A DNA stretch of 64,000 bases, taken from positions 24,996 through 88,995 of the forward strand of contig JAZDOC010000006.1 in the NCBI GenBank assembly GCA_043798935.1, read 5' to 3'. Under the pieces are notes generated by a model. That model was not told where the DNA came from. It worked only from the letters and a program-made list of their open reading frames with translations, and did not search any database. This document shows positions 58,484-64,000 of this stretch, piece by piece (position 1 is the stretch's first letter; each line of letters opens with the position of its first letter). The DNA is from Patescibacteria group bacterium. GTDB lineage: Bacteria; Patescibacteriota; Patescibacteriia; UBA9570; JAHJKD01. The translations under genes and the position numbers were made by a program.

Positions 58484-60118
58484 ATGGCAAAAAAACCAAA
58501 ATTTATCTTTGTTGTTGGCGGTGTAATGTCGAGTGTGGGAAAAGGAGTCACAACATCATCAATCGGCTTATTATTGCAAAGCAAAGGTTATAAAGTGACA
58601 GCTATTAAAGCTGACCCATATATAAACGTTGATGCTGGCACCATGAATCCAACCGAACATGGCGAAGTATTTGTGACCGAAGACAAAGACGAATGCGATC
58701 AAGATATCGGCAACTACGAACGATTTTTAGACACAAATATCTATTCAGTAAACTACATGACCACCGGCCGTGTTTATGAGACAGTCATTCATAAAGAGAG
58801 GAATTTAGAATATAAAGGCAAATGCGTGGAAGTTGTGCCTCACATTCCGCTGGAAATTATTCGTCGTATTAAAAATGCTCAAAAAAAAGCCAAAGCCGAT
58901 GTAACAATTATTGAAATTGGCGGAACTATTGGCGAGTATCAGAACATATTGTTTTTGGAAGCTGGTCGCATGATGAAACAAAGAAATCCTCAAGATGTGA
59001 CTTTTGTGTTAGTTAGTTATTTACCGATTCCAAAAAGAGTTGGTGAAATGAAAACCAAGCCCACCCAAAACGCCGCCCGAGCTTTAAACAGCGTGGGGAT
59101 TATAGCGGATTTTATTATTTGTCGCGCTGAATTACCGCTCGATAATAAACGTCGTGAAAAAATAGCTACCTTCTGCGGTATTTCCAAAGAAAATGCAATT
59201 TCTGCGCCAGACGCTGATTCTATTTACGATATTCCATTATATTTTGAAAAAGATAAACTAGGTGATAAAATTTTAAAAGAATTGAATTTGAAAAATCGGC
59301 CATCAAAATTGAAGGAGTGGCGCAAAATGGTAAGTAAAATAAAAACTTCCACTAAAGAAGTTAAAATCGGCGTAGTGGGAAAGTATTTTGGCACTGGCGA
59401 TTTTACTTTGGCCGACTCATACATTTCAGTAATCGAAGCTTTAAAGCATGCTTGCTGGGTAAATGGCGTAAAACATAAATTAACTTGGATTGACTCTGAA
59501 GAATACGAGCATAATCCGCGGAGCGTAAAAGAATTAAGTAAATACGATGGCATCATCGTGCCGGGTGGTTTTGGTACTCGTGGCATTGAAGGAATTATAA
59601 AAGCCATTAAATATGTTCGTGAAAATAATATTCCTTATTTTGGTTTATGCTATGGTATGCAACTAGCTTGTGTGGAACTAGCTCGAAATATTTTAAATCT
59701 TAAAGATGCCCACACGGTTGAAGTAAATCCTGATACAAAAAATCCAATTATCCATGTAAATCCCGAGCAGGCTAAAAATATCGAAGAGCAAAAATATGGC
59801 GGAACTTTGCGCCTAGGATCTTACCGCTGTAAATTAATGAAAAATAGTTTAGCCGGGCAAGCTTATAATAAAAATATAATTTCCGAGCGCCATCGCCATC
59901 GTTATGAATTTAATAATGAATACAAAGATACTTTAGCAACTGCCGGCATTAAATTTTCCGGAATTAACCCCGAACACAATTTAGTTGAGATTATTGAAAA
60001 TATTAATCATCCTTGGTTTGTGGGCGTTCAATATCATCCCGAATTTAAATCTCGTCCATTAAATCCCCATCCATTATTTAGAGATTTTATTGCTGCGGCT
60101 AAAAAGCGCGCTAAATAA
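58484..60118 (+). CDS. pyrG: CTP synthase
   Basis: KFIFVVGGVMSSVGKG N-terminus; GATase domain GLCYGMQLACVE ... YHPEF; 544 aa. Confidence 0.9.
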   Translation: MAKKPKFIFVVGGVMSSVGKGVTTSSIGLLLQSKGYKVTAIKADPYINVDAGTMNPTEHGEVFVTEDKDECDQDIGNYERFLDTNIYSVNYMTTGRVYETVIHKERNLEYKGKCVEVVPHIPLEIIRRIKNAQKKAKADVTIIEIGGTIGEYQNILFLEAGRMMKQRNPQDVTFVLVSYLPIPKRVGEMKTKPTQNAARALNSVGIIADFIICRAELPLDNKRREKIATFCGISKENAISAPDADSIYDIPLYFEKDKLGDKILKELNLKNRPSKLKEWRKMVSKIKTSTKEVKIGVVGKYFGTGDFTLADSYISVIEALKHACWVNGVKHKLTWIDSEEYEHNPRSVKELSKYDGIIVPGGFGTRGIEGIIKAIKYVRENNIPYFGLCYGMQLACVELARNILNLKDAHTVEVNPDTKNPIIHVNPEQAKNIEEQKYGGTLRLGSYRCKLMKNSLAGQAYNKNIISERHRHRYEFNNEYKDTLATAGIKFSGINPEHNLVEIIENINHPWFVGVQYHPEFKSRPLNPHPLFRDFIAAAKKRAK

Positions 60119-60134
60119 AAAAAATCAATAAAAA

Positions 60135-60160
60135 AACAACCCGGTAAAATGGGTTGTTTT
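60135..60160. terminator. bidirectional rho-independent terminator between convergent pyrG and rpmA
   Basis: AACAACCC-GGTAAAAT-GGGTTGTT hairpin flanked by an A-run upstream and TT downstream. Confidence 0.5.
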
Positions 60161-60175
60161 GAAATAAGTAAAATT

Positions 60176-60454
60176 TTATGCGCAAACGATGCTAATGTAT
60201 TTTGCTGTTTGCAGTTGACCATTAAATTTTTTAACCTTACGGGTTGTGAATTTAATTACCCCGGCTTTTCCGGCATATAAAGTATCATCTTCACCGCGTT
60301 TTACATTTTTTCCAGGTCTTACTTTAGTGCCTCGCTGACGAACTAATATTTCTCCGGCTTTTACTTCCTGACCGCTGAATCTTTTAATGCCAAGTCTTTT
60401 TGATACTGAATCTCGGCCATATTGAGTTGAGCCGCCTGCTTTTGTGTGTGCCAT
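60176..60454 (-). CDS. rpmA: 50S ribosomal protein L27
   Basis: [48 protein letters not shown]. Confidence 0.9.
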   Translation of the reverse strand: MAHTKAGGSTQYGRDSVSKRLGIKRFSGQEVKAGEILVRQRGTKVRPGKNVKRGEDDTLYAGKAGVIKFTTRKVKKFNGQLQTAKYISIVCA

Positions 60455-60507
60455 ATATAACTGTCAATTATTAATTTATAAATGTTATAATATTTTTAGA
60501 CTTCCAT

Positions 60508-60550
60508 ATAATATATATTTTTTGACATTATGTCAAGAGATGGTTATGAT
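60508..60550. promoter_or_regulatory. back-to-back promoters sharing the palindrome TTGACA-TTA-TGTCAA
   Basis: Plus strand TTGACA(60522)-17-TATGAT(60545) for the cysteine desulfurase; minus strand TTGACA(rc of 60531-60536)-17-TATTAT(rc of 60508-60513) for rpmA. Confidence 0.45.
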
Positions 60551-60579
60551 ATGAATATAATTTTTAAAAGTAATTAAAT

Positions 60580-61737
60580 ATGCAAGTTTATTTAGATAAT
60601 GCCGCTACCACTAAGCTAGATCCGATGGTTTTAAAAGCCATGATGCCGTATCTAGCAGATAATTATGGCAATGCCATGAGCGTACATCAGTACGGGCAAA
60701 ATGCTTTATCCGGTACCGACAAAGCTCGTGAACAAGTAGCGAATTTTTTGAATTGTAAGAGTACAGAAGTGCTTTTTACTTCCGGAGCTACTGAAAGCAA
60801 CAACTTGGCTTTAAAAGGCGTTGTAGACGCTTATAAAGAGGCTTTAAAGCCACATTTAATAGTTTCAGCCATTGAGCACGATTGTGTATTAGAAACTGCT
60901 AAATATTTGAAAAACAAGGATCTAATAGAATTAGATTTTGTAAAACCAGATAATCAAGGCATAATCTCACCTTTGGCAGTTAAAAAAATTATTAAACCAA
61001 ATACAATCTTGATTTCAATTATGTATGTTAATAATGAAATTGGCGTAATTCAACCAATTGCCGAAATAGCAAAGCAAATTAAAAAAATAAATAAGAATAT
61101 TTATTTTCATACCGATGCTGTGCAGGCCATGAATTATTTAAGTTGTAATGTTGATGACTTAGGCGTTGATCTATTATCTTTTTCGGGTCATAAAATTTAT
61201 GGGCCCAAAGGTATTGGAGTATTATATCGTCGAAGCGGAGTTAAAATAAATAAAATTCAGCATGGCGGAGAACAAGAAAACAGGTTGCGCGCCGGTACAC
61301 ATAATGTTTCTGGAATTGTTGGTTTAGGCGAAGCCGTAGCATTAATCGATTTTAAACATAATGCAAATATTAAAAAATTACGCGATTATCTTTTTTTAGG
61401 CATTAAAAAAAATATTAGCAACATTGAAATTAACGGATCGTTTACCGAACGCACACCAAACAATTTAAATGTAAGTTTTAAAAATATTGAAGGCGAGGGG
61501 ATTCTTATTTCTTTAGATCTTGAAGGCATTGCTGTTTCCACCGGCTCGGCCTGTTCATCCGGCTCATTAGATCCTTCACACGTGATTATGGAAATATCCA
61601 ACTCTGATCATCTGCGTTCGCATGCCTCGGTGCGCTTCACTTTAAGCAAGTTTACTACCAAAAAAGAAATCGATTATGTTTTAAAAAAGCTACCATTAGT
61701 GGTAGCCCGATTAAGAAAAATATCGCCTTTTAAATAA
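60580..61737 (+). CDS. cysteine desulfurase (IscS/NifS-like, class V aminotransferase)
   Basis: PLP-lysine motif SFSGHKIYGPKGIGVLY; active-site cysteine loop STGSACSSGSLDPSHV. Confidence 0.85.
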   Translation: MQVYLDNAATTKLDPMVLKAMMPYLADNYGNAMSVHQYGQNALSGTDKAREQVANFLNCKSTEVLFTSGATESNNLALKGVVDAYKEALKPHLIVSAIEHDCVLETAKYLKNKDLIELDFVKPDNQGIISPLAVKKIIKPNTILISIMYVNNEIGVIQPIAEIAKQIKKINKNIYFHTDAVQAMNYLSCNVDDLGVDLLSFSGHKIYGPKGIGVLYRRSGVKINKIQHGGEQENRLRAGTHNVSGIVGLGEAVALIDFKHNANIKKLRDYLFLGIKKNISNIEINGSFTERTPNNLNVSFKNIEGEGILISLDLEGIAVSTGSACSSGSLDPSHVIMEISNSDHLRSHASVRFTLSKFTTKKEIDYVLKKLPLVVARLRKISPFK

Positions 61738-61739
61738 GC

Positions 61740-62012
61740 TTAAAAAGGATTAATTATTTTGTTAGGTAAAGAATCTTTTTGTTTTTCAATTTCTTTATTA
61801 ATAATCGATTTATAAGTAGCTTGATTTACCGAATTACTGCCTTTGGCTTGAATGAGCGCATCTTCATTTTGGTATAAATCATAAATATTTTTATAAATAT
61901 TATAAAGCATAATACTACTGTATATCATGGCGACGGCAATCACAACAAAACCATAATTATGAATAAGAAATTTTTTAAGATAATGTAAATATTTAGACAT
62001 AATTAATTCCAA
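61740..62012 (-). CDS. small membrane protein, hypothetical (last gene of the pil cluster, PilP-like position)
   Basis: 90 aa with a single TM helix; 10-nt overlap with the upstream gene. Confidence 0.3.
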   Translation of the reverse strand: MELIMSKYLHYLKKFLIHNYGFVVIAVAMIYSSIMLYNIYKNIYDLYQNEDALIQAKGSNSVNQATYKSIINKEIEKQKDSLPNKIINPF

Positions 62013-62545
62013 TAAGTTTTAGCCGATATTTTCATATTAATAAAATCTTCAGGCACTATTTCATCAATAGCATGGGGGGCTTGTTCGGATGTTGAGATTA
62101 TAATACCACTGTAATTTATATAGTATTCTTGTTGTTCTAGCCGATTAATATAATTAAGCGCATCGTTTAAAGTGCAGCTAAGAGTTAAGCCCAGGTTAAG
62201 CATCTCATAAGGAGCGTTGCTTTGCGGATCTGATAAATCGATGTTTAAGATGCAATTATTATCTTGCGCCAGGTTTTCAAGGGAATTTACAAATTGAAGC
62301 GTATTTTCGGTTGAAAAAAAGATTTTTTCAATATCGGTTTTATTAAGTTTGTGATATTCATTATAACTAGCAATAATATTATGATTTGCGGCTTGATTTT
62401 CCGACGAAGTTTGTTTTTTTTCAGAAATTTGTTGCTGTAAAGATAAACTTTTATTTTGCAAAAAAGTAAGAAGCCAAAAAATTATTACCAAGGCGGAAAC
62501 AACCATTAAAACAGTTAAAATAATTATTTTATATTTATTTTTCAT
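62003..62545 (-). CDS. pilO: type IV pilus assembly protein PilO-like
   Basis: 180 aa, N-terminal TM helix then periplasmic domain; gene order pilM-pilN-this gene. Confidence 0.4.
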   Translation of the reverse strand: MKNKYKIIILTVLMVVSALVIIFWLLTFLQNKSLSLQQQISEKKQTSSENQAANHNIIASYNEYHKLNKTDIEKIFFSTENTLQFVNSLENLAQDNNCILNIDLSDPQSNAPYEMLNLGLTLSCTLNDALNYINRLEQQEYYINYSGIIISTSEQAPHAIDEIVPEDFINMKISAKTYWN

Positions 62546-63074
62546 AATCAGGGTTTATTTGGCCGGTATATTCAAATTTGATATTTTCTTTTTCAGACCA
62601 AGTACTGATTGGGTATTTAAAATTGGTGAAAATTTCGCTATTCGAAAGTTGATCCTGGAGAATAGATAATTGATCGCGATCAGTAGCTATGCCGGCAATT
62701 ACGACAGATTTCTTGTCGATTGAAAATTCCATGCGATTAACCGTAATACCGCTTGGAATTAATTTGCTTAATTCAGTAATTAAAATAACCGGATTAATAT
62801 GTTCGGTCTGAATTTGTTCAGCTTTTTTTAGCATTTGGTTAAAATTGATAATTTCTTGTTTTTTATTATCCACATTTTGCTGTTGCTCGACCGGAATTAA
62901 ATTTTGAGTGTCCATATCATTTAAAATAGCCGAAAAAAATATATAATTACCAATATATAAAACTGCCGGAATGATCAGAATAAAAATAAAAATATAAAAA
63001 ACTTTAAGCGCTATTTTATATTGGCGTTTAAATGTAACTTCTTTTTTTATGGTCGGCGGTAGAATATTTAGCAT
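62535..63074 (-). CDS. pilN: type IV pilus assembly protein PilN
   Basis: N-terminal MLNILPPT (INLLP-type PilM-binding motif), single TM helix, 179 aa. Confidence 0.55.
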   Translation of the reverse strand: MLNILPPTIKKEVTFKRQYKIALKVFYIFIFILIIPAVLYIGNYIFFSAILNDMDTQNLIPVEQQQNVDNKKQEIINFNQMLKKAEQIQTEHINPVILITELSKLIPSGITVNRMEFSIDKKSVVIAGIATDRDQLSILQDQLSNSEIFTNFKYPISTWSEKENIKFEYTGQINPDYEK

Positions 63075-63078
63075 ATAT

Positions 63079-64000
63079 TTAAATGTAATCTTTGTTTAAT
63101 GATCGGCGCAAAGCCAAGCCAATAGCCGTAGTGTAGGCCAGGGGATATTGCATTTTTTTCATTAAGGTAAGCTGACCATTTTTTATATTTTGCCATGGAT
63201 TACCGGGTAAGCTGTTAAGCTGGAATTTGTCCTGTGTAATTTCACTTAAATTTTTTATGTAAGCACCACTACCGCAAGTAATGATGGTGGAGATTCTAGC
63301 CTCGGCAAATAAGTGGTTATTATAAAAGATTATTACTTTGTTAATGGCATTTAATAAATCCGAAATATAAGCCTCATGATTAGAAATTACGGTTGCAAAA
63401 CTTATTGAAAATGTAACCGTGTTTTTATAAACTATGAATACGGTTGTGCGTGCTTGGCCGATATCAACAATAATATAAACCGACTGATCATCGTAGTGTC
63501 GGTTTGGTAATAAGCATCTGGTGATAGCTTCGGTTTCCACTTCCATTACCTCTACTTCATAGCCAGCTTCATTTAAAACATCTAAATAATTATTAATGAA
63601 AGTTTTTTTGCAAGCCGAAAAATGCAGAGCATCGGAATTATTAAAATAATTCGGAAGAATTTTGTAATCCAAATATATTTCTTCAAATTTAAAAGGCAAG
63701 TGTTTAGAAATTTCATCCAGTATTAATTCTTTCTTGCGGGTATTAATATCTTCAAGTTTCATGAAAGATTGTTTTTCTGGCAAACTAACGATAATTTTGT
63801 TTTTTTGAATTTTTGCTCCGACTACGTCTTTTTTTAATAATTTCAATAACCCGACGATTTTATCTTGATCAATAATTATGCCATCAGTAATGATCCCGTG
63901 AGGCACATCGACTTCGGAAAAAGAAACTAATTTAACACGGCGATTATTATTGTTTAATTGCACCAAGCGCAATTTATAATCGCTGATATCCAAGCCTAAA
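63079..64000 (-). CDS. pilM: type IV pilus assembly ATPase-fold protein PilM (5' end runs off the window)
   Basis: Actin-like fold motifs (VDIGQARTTVFIV), C-terminal YTTAIGLALR; reading frame stays open to position 64000 with ..LGLDISDYKL resembling the PilM N-terminal GLDIG motif. Confidence 0.7.
   Translation of the reverse strand, partial: LGLDISDYKLRLVQLNNNNRRVKLVSFSEVDVPHGIITDGIIIDQDKIVGLLKLLKKDVVGAKIQKNKIIVSLPEKQSFMKLEDINTRKKELILDEISKHLPFKFEEIYLDYKILPNYFNNSDALHFSACKKTFINNYLDVLNEAGYEVEVMEVETEAITRCLLPNRHYDDQSVYIIVDIGQARTTVFIVYKNTVTFSISFATVISNHEAYISDLLNAINKVIIFYNNHLFAEARISTIITCGSGAYIKNLSEITQDKFQLNSLPGNPWQNIKNGQLTLMKKMQYPLAYTTAIGLALRRSLNKDYI

Overview
The window is AT-rich (about 30% GC) bacterial chromosome and is almost entirely coding. 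It has short intergenic gaps, many 4-nt start/stop overlaps and clear sigma70-type promoters. I see no rRNA, tRNA, CRISPR array or mobile element.

Positions 1 to about 55300 form one very large cell-surface glycan biosynthesis island:
- at least nine GT4 and six GT2 glycosyltransferases;
- three MOP/Wzx-type flippases;
- three ArnT/PMT-like GT-C membrane glycosyltransferases plus one GT87/DUF2029-like GT-C that is interrupted by a single in-frame TAG;
- a GtrA/GtrB-like polyprenyl-phosphate-sugar module;
- nucleotide-sugar pathway genes: ugd, UDP-GlcA decarboxylase, UDP-GlcA 4-epimerase, gmd, glf, and an rml set (short RmlA-like, rmlC, rmlB, rmlD).

Two accessory modules sit inside the island:
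- A sulfation module: a PAPS-type sulfotransferase, plus a sat, DHH pAp-phosphatase-like, AlkP/NPP-family and cysC operon. That operon is preceded by a consensus promoter, a perfect 9-bp inverted-repeat operator and a small RHH-like ORF.
- An archaeal-flavoured cassette of a nucleotidyltransferase, a glycerol-1-phosphate-dehydrogenase-like enzyme, a CDP-alcohol phosphatidyltransferase and an AlkP/NPP-family enzyme. The last two genes are duplicated in inverted orientation.

A 33-nt near-identical leader motif occurs twice, immediately upstream of the start codons of the sat operon and the rml operon.

The last 9 kb holds housekeeping genes: murA, ctp, rplI, pyrG, rpmA, a cysteine desulfurase, and a pilM/N/O type IV pilus cluster truncated at the window end. 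The organism is probably an uncultivated low-GC bacterium, possibly CPR/Patescibacteria-like, but that is a weak inference.
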